A stretch of 32,000 nucleotides of DNA from the NCBI RefSeq assembly GCF_000012905.2, contig NC_007493.2, positions 870,001 through 902,000 of the forward strand, given 5' to 3'. The notes under the pieces are model-generated. The model had not been told where the DNA came from. It was given only the letters and a program-made list of their open reading frames with translations, and ran no database searches. Source of the stretch: Cereibacter sphaeroides 2.4.1 (GTDB taxonomy: Bacteria > Pseudomonadota > Alphaproteobacteria > Rhodobacterales > Rhodobacteraceae). The position numbers and the translations under genes were made by a program. Of the stretch, positions 8,341-15,284 are shown one piece after another. How positions within the stretch are numbered: the first letter of the stretch is position 1; the number at the start of each line of letters is the position of its first letter.

Positions 8341-9450
8341 TCAGGCGCCCGGCGGCAACGGCGGCGGGATCCGCGCGAAGAGCGGCGCCAGAGCCGCGAC
8401 CTCGCCCGCGGGAACCCAGCCCTCCTGTCCGGGGGTCCAGACGAGGGTGGCGCGCGTCACCTGACCCGCCGCCACGCGCCGGGCCAGATCGGCCTGCGCG
8501 ATGGGTCCCTCGGACTGGCCGTTCGCCGCCACATGCCAGACCGGCTCGGTGGGCGGCGGAGGGGGTGGGGGAGCCGCGGGCTCGGCCGCCGCAGGCGCTG
8601 CGCCCCACGGGCCCATGCGCTGCGCCATCCCGAAGCCCATGGCCGCGCCCATGCCGCTTGCCACCGCGGCGCCGGCGGCCGAATTCGGCGCCGCCATGGC
8701 CTCGGCCGCGCTGTATTGGGTGAACTTGCCCAGATCGCCCACGATCCCCATCGAGGTGCGCTTGTCGAGCGCCTTCTCGACCTCCTGCGGCAGCGAGATG
8801 TTCTCGATGTAGAGCTCGGGGATCGAGAGGCCGTAGGCCGCGATGGTGGGCGCGATGGCCTCGGCCACGAGCTTGCCCAGATCGGCGGTGTTGGCCGCCA
8901 TGTCGAGCACCGGGATCGACGAGGCGGCAAGCGCGCGGCCCATCTCCTGCACGATCACGTTGCGGATCTGGAAGCTGATCTCGTCGGCGGTGAATTCGCC
9001 GTCGGTGCCCACGATCTCGGTCATGAAGCGGCCGGGATCGGTCACGCGCATCGAATAGGTGCCGAAGGCGCGCAGGCGCACGGGTCCGAATTCGGGATCC
9101 CGGCAGATGATCGGGTTCTTCGTCCCCCACTTCTGGTCGTTGAAGCGGGTGGTATTGACGAAGTAGACCTCGGACTTGAAGGGCGAGCGGAAGCCGTGGT
9201 CCCAGTGCTGGAGCGTGGTCAGGATCGGCAGGTTGTTGGTCTCGAGCATGTAGAGACCGGGGGTGAAGACATCCGCCAGCTGGCCCTCGTGGATGAAGAC
9301 CGCGGCCTGCCCCTCGCGCACCGTCAGCTTGGCGCCGTATTTGATCGCATGACCCTGCCGCTCGAAGCGCCAGACCATCGTGTCGCGGGTGTCATCGACC
9401 CAGTGGATGACGTCGATGAATTCGCCGCCGAGGAAATCGAACAGAGCCAT
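8341..9450 (-). CDS. SPFH/Band-7-like protein (YdjI / virion-core-protein-like) with C-terminal Pro-rich linker and GYF_2-like domain
   Basis: 369 aa. The N-terminus MALFDFLGGEFIDVIHW ... REGQAAVFIHEGQLADVF is characteristic of YdjI-type SPFH proteins. The C-terminus has the linker PAAPPPPPPPTEP, then WHVAANGQSEGPI...LVWTPGQEGWVPAGEV, which is GYF_2-like. Confidence 0.85.
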   Translation of the reverse strand: MALFDFLGGEFIDVIHWVDDTRDTMVWRFERQGHAIKYGAKLTVREGQAAVFIHEGQLADVFTPGLYMLETNNLPILTTLQHWDHGFRSPFKSEVYFVNTTRFNDQKWGTKNPIICRDPEFGPVRLRAFGTYSMRVTDPGRFMTEIVGTDGEFTADEISFQIRNVIVQEMGRALAASSIPVLDMAANTADLGKLVAEAIAPTIAAYGLSIPELYIENISLPQEVEKALDKRTSMGIVGDLGKFTQYSAAEAMAAPNSAAGAAVASGMGAAMGFGMAQRMGPWGAAPAAAEPAAPPPPPPPTEPVWHVAANGQSEGPIAQADLARRVAAGQVTRATLVWTPGQEGWVPAGEVAALAPLFARIPPPLPPGA

Positions 9451-9452
9451 GG

Positions 9453-9641
9453 CTATTTCTTGGGAGCCGCCGTGGACCAGTCGCCCCGCGCAGGAACGAC
9501 GATGGCCGAGACCGCCTTCGGCGGCTTCGGCGCGGCGCCTTCGGCGGGCTTCCGCGGCGCGCGCGCGAACCAGCCCCGGTCGGGCCGGGCGCGGCTCGGC
9601 TGGTAGCCGTCGATCAGCAGGGTCCGTCTGTCATCCGGCAT
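9453..9641 (-). CDS. Candidate small protein (62 aa), hypothetical
   Basis: Internal ATG (codon 66) of track ORF 9453..9836. The ATG overlaps the stop of the upstream gene by 11 nt (ATGCCGGATGA), and the stop lies 2 nt before the SPFH start, so it exactly fills the only gap in the gene chain. The product (MPDDRRTLLIDGYQPSRARPDRGWFARAP...) is basic and low-complexity, with no domain I recognise. Confidence 0.3.
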   Translation of the reverse strand: MPDDRRTLLIDGYQPSRARPDRGWFARAPRKPAEGAAPKPPKAVSAIVVPARGDWSTAAPKK

Positions 9642-10269
9642 CGTCGGTCCTCTCCCGCTCGCCCTCCAGTTCGAGAAACTCGATGGAGCGCATCCCTTCC
9701 AGCGACAGCAGCATCGCGCGCGGCGGCACCACCTCGGCCCACTGCCCGTCGTCTGCGACATGATATAGGCGTTCGAGATAGATGTCGCCACGGTTTCCAT
9801 CGCTCGCCGCCAGCGACTCCTCGCCGAAGAGGCCATGGACGACCGTTCCGTCGGTGAAGGTCACGATCACGAAGCTCGGTCCCCTGTGCTTGCCGAAGGC
9901 GAAATCGTAGGCGCGCCGCGCCGGGTTCTGCACCGGCATGGAAAGCCTTCGCAGGAGCGAGCGGTTCCAGCCGAGCGAGAGGTTCCAGCCGAAGAGCGCG
10001 CCGAGGGTTGCGGGCAGCACCAGCACCTCGAGGAAGAAGACGCCGCGCGCGGGCAGGACGGGCGCCGCGGGCACGAGCGACCAGAGGCTTGCGAGGAACA
10101 GGAAGGCGAGCTGGTTGATGAGCGAGAGCGCCACCGCCTCGACCAGCTGCTCGGTGAGCTTCGGCCGCTCGCCCACCACGAAGCGCGAGCGCACCGAGAT
10201 CACGATCAGTCCCGCCAGCAGGTAGCGCGCGAAGAACTCGAAATTGTCGGGCGTGATCAGGCTGTTCAT
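9631..10269 (-). CDS. Membrane protein of unknown function (N-terminal TM bundle + soluble C-terminal domain; possibly DUF6338-like)
   Basis: 212 aa. There are 3-4 predicted TM helices in the first ~110 aa, then AYDFAFGKHRGPSFVIVTFTDGTVVHGLFGEES...DIYLERLY. Codon usage looks native (G/C-rich third positions). Confidence 0.7.
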   Translation of the reverse strand: MNSLITPDNFEFFARYLLAGLIVISVRSRFVVGERPKLTEQLVEAVALSLINQLAFLFLASLWSLVPAAPVLPARGVFFLEVLVLPATLGALFGWNLSLGWNRSLLRRLSMPVQNPARRAYDFAFGKHRGPSFVIVTFTDGTVVHGLFGEESLAASDGNRGDIYLERLYHVADDGQWAEVVPPRAMLLSLEGMRSIEFLELEGERERTDDAG

Positions 10270-10284
10270 CGCCCGGTCGCGCCT

Positions 10285-11250
10285 TCAGCTTTCGCCGCCG
10301 AGCAGCTCGTAGGCGATCGTCTGGACGATGGGCCGGGCCTCCTCGACCGTCATGCCGGGCTTCAGGCGCCGGTCGTAGAGGATCTTCAGCATCAGCTCGT
10401 CCTGGGTGGTCAGAAGCGCGAATTCCTCGTCGTCGTTGAAGATCGAGGGCCGCGCGTTCGGGCTGTCGTTGGCCAGCCCCAGCCCCTGCGCGATCTCCTC
10501 GTGCAGGCAGGCGAGGCGCAGCAGGTCGGGATGTTCGGAGCGGATCACCGCGAAGGCGCGGTTGTAGACGCTCGTCGCATCGTCCGAGAGCGCATAGACG
10601 AGGCAGTAGGTGGTGGTGGGAAGCTGCGTGATCCCCGCGATCTCCGCGGCGGAGAGGGTGGGCAGCGCCTCGGCCACCTGGGGCCCGAGCGCGCGGCGCT
10701 CGTCCTCGGAGACGACCTGAAGCCAGAAGTTGATGCCGCTGTCGGCCAGCGCGATCGGGTGGCCGGTGATCTTGGCCAGCCGCGCCAGATACGAGGCGAT
10801 GCGCGCCCGGTCTGTCGCCCGCCGCTCCTCGGGAACCGAAGCGCCGAAGCGCAGGCCCACGCGCACCGGCGCTTCCCAGCGGCGCAGCCGGCTTTCGACC
10901 TCGCGCTGGGCGAAGCCGCCGCCCTGCCGCTCGTATTCGTCATAGAGCGCGATGCGGATGAAGTTCTCGGCCAGCATCCGGTCGGTATAGGGCGTGTCGC
11001 GCCCGCCGCCGTCGGTCCGCAAAAGGCCCTGCGCCAGAAGGTCGGTCTGCACCTTGGCGAAATAGGCCCGTATTGCCTGCGACTCGGGGCTCTCCTTCAC
11101 CGGACCCTGAAGATCCGCCGGCCGCGCGCGCGGACCGAGTCCGTGCGCGGGCTCGCGCGGGGCGGGCGGCGTGCAGGCCGACAGGATCGCGCAGGCGGCC
11201 AGCGAGAGGCCGCCGTGGAGAAGGGTCGAGAGGCGGACGCCCCGGTGCAT
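10285..11250 (-). CDS. Lipoprotein of unknown function (DUF2927-like)
   Basis: 321 aa. It has a signal peptide with lipobox LSAC (MHRGVRLSTLLHGGLSLAACAILSAC). The motifs FIRIALYDEY and HEEIAQGLGL recall the DUF2927 family, which is common in Rhodobacteraceae. The family assignment is from memory. Confidence 0.7.
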   Translation of the reverse strand: MHRGVRLSTLLHGGLSLAACAILSACTPPAPREPAHGLGPRARPADLQGPVKESPESQAIRAYFAKVQTDLLAQGLLRTDGGGRDTPYTDRMLAENFIRIALYDEYERQGGGFAQREVESRLRRWEAPVRVGLRFGASVPEERRATDRARIASYLARLAKITGHPIALADSGINFWLQVVSEDERRALGPQVAEALPTLSAAEIAGITQLPTTTYCLVYALSDDATSVYNRAFAVIRSEHPDLLRLACLHEEIAQGLGLANDSPNARPSIFNDDEEFALLTTQDELMLKILYDRRLKPGMTVEEARPIVQTIAYELLGGES

Positions 11251-11262
11251 GATGGCCTTTCC

Positions 11263-12453
11263 TCAGGGTCGGACGGATGTTCCGGCAGTGTCGCCGGTCC
11301 CGGTGCGGCGGGCGCGGGCGGAGGCGAGCGTGTCGCGCAGCTCGGCCTCCATCCGCTGAAGCTCGGTCTCTGCCGTGGCACGGCGGGCGCGGCCCTCGTC
11401 GGCGATGGCGAGGCTTTCGTTGATCGTGGCGATCAGCGTCGCATTGGCCTTCTTCACCGCCTCGATGTCGAAGACGCCGCGCTCCATCTCCTTGCGGACG
11501 ATCTTGTTGGCCTGCTGGAGATTTTCGGCATTCGCCGTCAGCAGCTCGTTCGTCAGGTCCGAGGCGCCGCGCACGGCCTCGGCCGCCTCGCGCGACCGCT
11601 GGATGGTCACGGCCTGCGCCAGCTGCGTCTCCCAGAGCGGGACCGTGTTGACGAGGGTCGAGTTGATCCGCGTGACCAGCGCCTTGTCGTTCTCCTGCAC
11701 GAGGCGGATCGAGGGCAGCGACTGCATCGTGACCTGACGGGTGAGCTTGAGGTCATGCACCCGGCGCTCGAGATCGTCGCGGGCGGCGCGCAGGTCGCGC
11801 AGCTCCTGTGCCTTGATCATCCGGTCGCCCTCCGGCGTCGCCGCCACCTCGGCCTCCTTGGCCGGGATCACCCGTCCGTCGAGATCGGCCAGCACCTCGT
11901 CGCCCGCGGCGATGTAGAGCGCGAGCTCGTCGTAGAAGTCGAGCGTGCGGGCATAGAGGATGTCGAGCCCCTTGATGTCCTTCAGCAGCCGGTGCTCGTG
12001 GGTCAGGAGCGACTGGGTGATCCGGTCGATCTGCTGCTGCACATCCTCGTAGCGGGCGACGAAGCGGGCGAAGGGGGCGGTGCGGCCCAGAAGCCGCTCC
12101 CACCAGCTGGCCTTGCGGCGCACGTCGAACTCGGAGACCGAGAAGCCGCGGATGGTCGAGACCACCTCGCGCAGCGAATCGCCGGCAGGCCCCACGTCCT
12201 TGTTCTTCACGTCGGCCAGCATCTGCTGGCTGATCGTCTGCAGTTCGGCCTGCGCCTTGGACCCGAAGCCGATGATCGACTGCGAATCGCTCACGTTCAG
12301 CTCGGCCATGCGGCGGCGGATCTCTTGGGCCTTCTCGGGCGGGGCGGAGGCCAGAGGCGTCACGGCCGGAGCGGGCTCGGGCAGGTCGGGGGCGGTCACT
12401 TCCGCAAGCCGGGGAAGGGCTTCGGCGGCCTCGCGGCGGCTGCTGTCGGTCAT
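11263..12453 (-). CDS. telA: Toxic anion (tellurite) resistance protein TelA
   Basis: 396 aa and all-helical, with a TelA/KlaB/YaaN-like sequence (SQSIIGFGSKAQAELQ..., ...IDRITQSLLTHEHRLLKDIKGLD...). I chose the ATG at 12453 (MTDSS), preceded by GAGCGAGG, instead of the track start at 12585. Confidence 0.88.
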   Translation of the reverse strand: MTDSSRREAAEALPRLAEVTAPDLPEPAPAVTPLASAPPEKAQEIRRRMAELNVSDSQSIIGFGSKAQAELQTISQQMLADVKNKDVGPAGDSLREVVSTIRGFSVSEFDVRRKASWWERLLGRTAPFARFVARYEDVQQQIDRITQSLLTHEHRLLKDIKGLDILYARTLDFYDELALYIAAGDEVLADLDGRVIPAKEAEVAATPEGDRMIKAQELRDLRAARDDLERRVHDLKLTRQVTMQSLPSIRLVQENDKALVTRINSTLVNTVPLWETQLAQAVTIQRSREAAEAVRGASDLTNELLTANAENLQQANKIVRKEMERGVFDIEAVKKANATLIATINESLAIADEGRARRATAETELQRMEAELRDTLASARARRTGTGDTAGTSVRP

Positions 12454-12569
12454 CTGAAAACCTCGCTCTCTGGAAGATCGCTGCCGGCCGCGCCGCGATG
12501 CGGCGTCAGCCTCCTGTATAGCAGGCCCCGGCCTCTTCTCAATCGAAGCGCGCGGCCGCGGCCAATCGG

Positions 12570-12594
12570 GCGGCAGGCGATGCAAGCCTGCCGC
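12570..12594 (-). other. Perfect 9-bp stem-loop between the XpaC-like gene and telA
   Basis: Stem GCGGCAGGC, loop gatgcaa, stem GCCTGCCGC, placed 8 nt after the XpaC-like stop. No T-tract follows on the transcribed strand, so it is not a canonical intrinsic terminator. Confidence 0.5.
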
Positions 12595-12601
12595 AGGGGG
12601 G

Positions 12602-13480
12602 TCAGGTCTCGCGCCCCAGACGGTCGCGCAGCACCTCGATCTCGAGGTCGAGCCCGGCCCGGTCGTTCTGCAGAAGCCGCCGGGTGCGGTCGGCGAAGCT
12701 GGTGCCCAGATCCTCGAGCAGCCGCTCGTAATCCGCGCGCACCTGCGGATCGCGCTCGCGGCCGTAGAGGTCGGCGAACTTCAGCGTCGCGTCGCGCGCG
12801 CCCATCAGATAGACGCCGAGATAGCGGCGCGCGGCCGTGAGATCGCCGGGATCGGCCTCGACGCTGCGGAAGAGCCCGCGCGCCGTGGTGGCGAAGGTCT
12901 CGAGCCGTCGGTCGAGGCTTGGATCGCGGAGGCGCGCCACCGCCTCACGCATCGCCGTCAGGTGGCTCTCGGCCTCCGCCACGGCGCGGCTCACCCGGTC
13001 GCTCTGGAAGCCGTCGACGCCGTCCGGGATCTTGTCGGTCAGCGGATCGGGCCCGAAGGCCGCCAGATGCAGAAGGCCGCCGATCCCGCCCCAGGCCGCC
13101 GCCACCAGCAGGCCCGCATCGCCCGCAAGCCCGCCCGCCAGGAGCCCGGCGCCGGTCAGGACCGAGGCGAATATCTTGCGCGGGATCGCCGGGCGCTTGG
13201 CCACGGGGCGGGCATCGTAGGCTTCCTCGGCGAGGATGCCCTGCCGGGTCAGCCAGGCGGCGAGAAAGAGCGCGGCGAAGGCTGCAAAGGCGGGAACGAA
13301 ATCCTGCGCGGGGCCGAGGAAGGCATCCCACAGGAAGAGGAACGGCAGGAAGAACAGGATGTTCGAGCGTCCGCCCGCGCGGCTCCGGCGCTTGCGGTCC
13401 CAGCGGCTGACCGGCGGCCCCGGAGGGCCCTCGCGCCGGGCATTGGCGGGGCTGAAGCGGCCGCCGTAGCGTTCGGCCAT
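12602..13480 (-). CDS. 5-bromo-4-chloroindolyl phosphate hydrolysis (XpaC)-family membrane protein
   Basis: 292 aa. A basic N-terminus and 3 TM helices are followed by a helical C-terminal domain (...RRYLGVYLMGARDATLKFADLY...). This architecture, and pairing with a TelA/YaaN homologue, are typical of XpaC. Confidence 0.78.
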   Translation of the reverse strand: MAERYGGRFSPANARREGPPGPPVSRWDRKRRSRAGGRSNILFFLPFLFLWDAFLGPAQDFVPAFAAFAALFLAAWLTRQGILAEEAYDARPVAKRPAIPRKIFASVLTGAGLLAGGLAGDAGLLVAAAWGGIGGLLHLAAFGPDPLTDKIPDGVDGFQSDRVSRAVAEAESHLTAMREAVARLRDPSLDRRLETFATTARGLFRSVEADPGDLTAARRYLGVYLMGARDATLKFADLYGRERDPQVRADYERLLEDLGTSFADRTRRLLQNDRAGLDLEIEVLRDRLGRET

Positions 13481-13481
13481 C

Positions 13482-13565
13482 TCAGGCGCCTCCCTGCGCC
13501 GCGACGTAGAGGGTGAGCCCCACGAGCAGCAGGAAAGCCAGCGTGCGCAGGCCCTTCGAGTTCAT
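13482..13565 (-). CDS. Candidate 27-aa single-TM micropeptide (MNSKGLRTLAFLLLVGLTLYVAAQGGA)
   Basis: Too short for the ORF track. The ATG at 13565 is preceded by GGAAAGGGGA with a 5-nt spacer. Its TGA lies 1 nt before the XpaC-like ATG (TGAGATG). The peptide has a positively charged N-terminus followed by a hydrophobic helix. Confidence 0.45.
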   Translation of the reverse strand: MNSKGLRTLAFLLLVGLTLYVAAQGGA

Positions 13566-13623
13566 CGCCATCCCCTTTCCGGTCCTTGGTCCCGGCCAAT
13601 ATAGGATGCCCGGGACCGGCTCG

Positions 13624-13647
13624 CCAGAAAAGGCGCGGAGACCCGCG
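13624..13647 (-). terminator. Weak candidate intrinsic terminator after rluB
   Basis: On the minus strand: stem CGCGG, loop GTCT, stem CCGCG, followed by CCTTTTCT. It lies about 20 nt after the rluB stop. The stem is only 5 bp. Confidence 0.25.
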
Positions 13648-13664
13648 GCCCGGGGGTGCCGGGG

Positions 13665-15191
13665 TCAGCGCCCGCCGGGCCGGCCTTTCGGTCCGCGCGA
13701 GGGCGGGCGGGGGCCTGTGGGCTGCGGTTTCCGGTCCCCCTGGGCAGACGGCGTGCCCGTCCGGGGGCCCCGTCCGCCGGCGGTCTCGCCCGGTCCCTTG
13801 GCGCGCGGAGTGGGGGCGACCTTGGCCGCGCCGCCGCCCTTGGCCTTCGGACCCGCCGCGGCGCGACCCCGCGGCGCACGGGCGTCGATCGGCGTGTCGG
13901 GCAGGGCTTCTCGCCGGCTGCGGGCCGGACCCGCGGCCTTGGCCGGACCGCGCGGACCCTTGGCGGGCGCCTCGGCGCTGCGGCTACGGAACGCACGCGG
14001 CGCGTCGGCCGCCTCGGTCTTGCCGGACCGTCCTGCAGCGGCGGGTTTGCCGTCCGCCGGCCGGGTGCGTGCCGTGCCCTCGGCGCTGCCCGGGCGGGAG
14101 GTGCGCGCCGGGCCCGCTCCGGCGCCCCGCGCCGGGCGCGCAGCCTCGGCCGCGCCTTTGCCCGCCGAGCGCGCGCTGTCCTTCGGTGCCCCTGCCCTGC
14201 GCGCCGCCCCGTGGGGCGAGCGTCCCTTGGCCGGGCCTGCGGCGCCCTCGGACCCCGCCCCCCGACCCGCGCGGGCGGGTCCCTCCGCCGCGGCGCCGCG
14301 CGGCGGACGCGCGGTTCTTTCGGAGCGTGCGGCGCCTTCGGCTCGTGCAGGGCGTGCACCACCTTCCGCTCGTGCGGGACGTGCGGCGCCTTCGGATCTT
14401 GCCGGACGCGCGGCGCCCTCGGGTTTTCGTCCCCTGGCCGGGCGTGCCTCGCCGTCGGCATGCGGATCGAGGCCGAGCTGGTCGCGCAGGATCTTGGGGC
14501 GCACCTCCTCGACCATGCCGGGCTCGAGCTCGTTCAGCCGGAAGGGACCGTAGCTCACGCGGATCAGCCGGTTCACGGTGAGGCCCAGGGCGGACATGGC
14601 GCGGCGGATCTCGCGGTTCTTGCCCTCGCGGAGGCCCACCGTGAGCCAGGCGTTGGCGCCCTGCACCCGGTCCAGCGAGACGGTCATCGGCTGGAAGCTC
14701 TCGCCCTCGACCGTTATCCCCTTGCGCAGCGGCTCGAGGTCGGCGTCGGTCGGGTTGCCCTTCACCCGCACGCGGTACTTGCGCAGCCAGCCGGTGGAGG
14801 GCAGCTCGAGCCGGCGCTTCAACTCGCCGTCATTGGTCAGGAGGAGGAGACCCTCGGAATTGAGATCGAGCCGTCCCACCGACATGACGCGGGGCATCCC
14901 CTCGGGCAGGTGGTCGAAGACCGTCTCGCGGCCCTTCTCGTCCGAGGCCGAGGTGACGAGCCCTTCGGGCTTGTAATAGAGCCACAGGCGGGCGGGCTCG
15001 GGCGGGGCCAAGGGCTGGCCGTCGACGGTGATGCGGTCCTTCGGGCCCACATTCAGCGCCGGGCTGTCGATGGTGCGCCCGTTCACCGCGATGCGGCCAA
15101 GCTCGATCATCCGCTCGGCGTCGCGGCGCGAGGCGATGCCCGCACGAGAGAGAACCTTGGCGATGCGCTCGCCGTCTTTGCTGTCGGTCAT
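13665..15191 (-). CDS. rluB: 23S rRNA pseudouridine synthase RluB-type with a long Arg/Ala/Gly/Pro-rich C-terminal tail
   Basis: The start ATG at 15191 (MTDSKDGERIAKVL) is in frame with track ORF 13665..15893. It has an S4 domain (RIAKVLSRAGIASRRDAERMI) and the catalytic motif VGRLDLNSEGLLLLTNDG. Residues ~241-508 are a low-complexity basic tail. Confidence 0.88.
   Translation of the reverse strand: MTDSKDGERIAKVLSRAGIASRRDAERMIELGRIAVNGRTIDSPALNVGPKDRITVDGQPLAPPEPARLWLYYKPEGLVTSASDEKGRETVFDHLPEGMPRVMSVGRLDLNSEGLLLLTNDGELKRRLELPSTGWLRKYRVRVKGNPTDADLEPLRKGITVEGESFQPMTVSLDRVQGANAWLTVGLREGKNREIRRAMSALGLTVNRLIRVSYGPFRLNELEPGMVEEVRPKILRDQLGLDPHADGEARPARGRKPEGAARPARSEGAARPARAEGGARPARAEGAARSERTARPPRGAAAEGPARAGRGAGSEGAAGPAKGRSPHGAARRAGAPKDSARSAGKGAAEAARPARGAGAGPARTSRPGSAEGTARTRPADGKPAAAGRSGKTEAADAPRAFRSRSAEAPAKGPRGPAKAAGPARSRREALPDTPIDARAPRGRAAAGPKAKGGGAAKVAPTPRAKGPGETAGGRGPRTGTPSAQGDRKPQPTGPRPPSRGPKGRPGGR
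14327..14434 (-). repeat. Four imperfect 27-nt tandem repeats inside the rluB tail (9-aa units EGAARPARA-like)
   Basis: Units are at 14327-14353, 14354-14380, 14381-14407 and 14408-14434 (gtgcggcgccttcgg...). They encode ARPARSEGAARPARAEGGARPARAEGAAR. Confidence 0.75.
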
Positions 15192-15230
15192 GAGGGGTCC
15201 CGGATTGAGGCTGTTCCGCTGGCGGAACCC

Positions 15231-15284
15231 CCGGGGGTTTTCCACCCCCGGACCCCCGGAGGATATTTGGACCAGAGTGAAAGG
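15231..15284 (+). repeat. Dispersed element copy 2
   Basis: Stem CCGGGGG, loop ttttcca, stem CCCCCGG, then ACCCCCGGAGGATATTTGGACCAGAGTGAAAGG. It lies in the divergent rluB/tadA intergenic region. Confidence 0.8.

Noticed and set aside
9835-12840. 1001-aa ORF on the plus strand across the telA / DUF2927-like region
   Set aside because: It is antisense to four well-supported minus-strand genes, and the translation is low-complexity and Arg/Gly/Asp-rich. It is a composition artefact.
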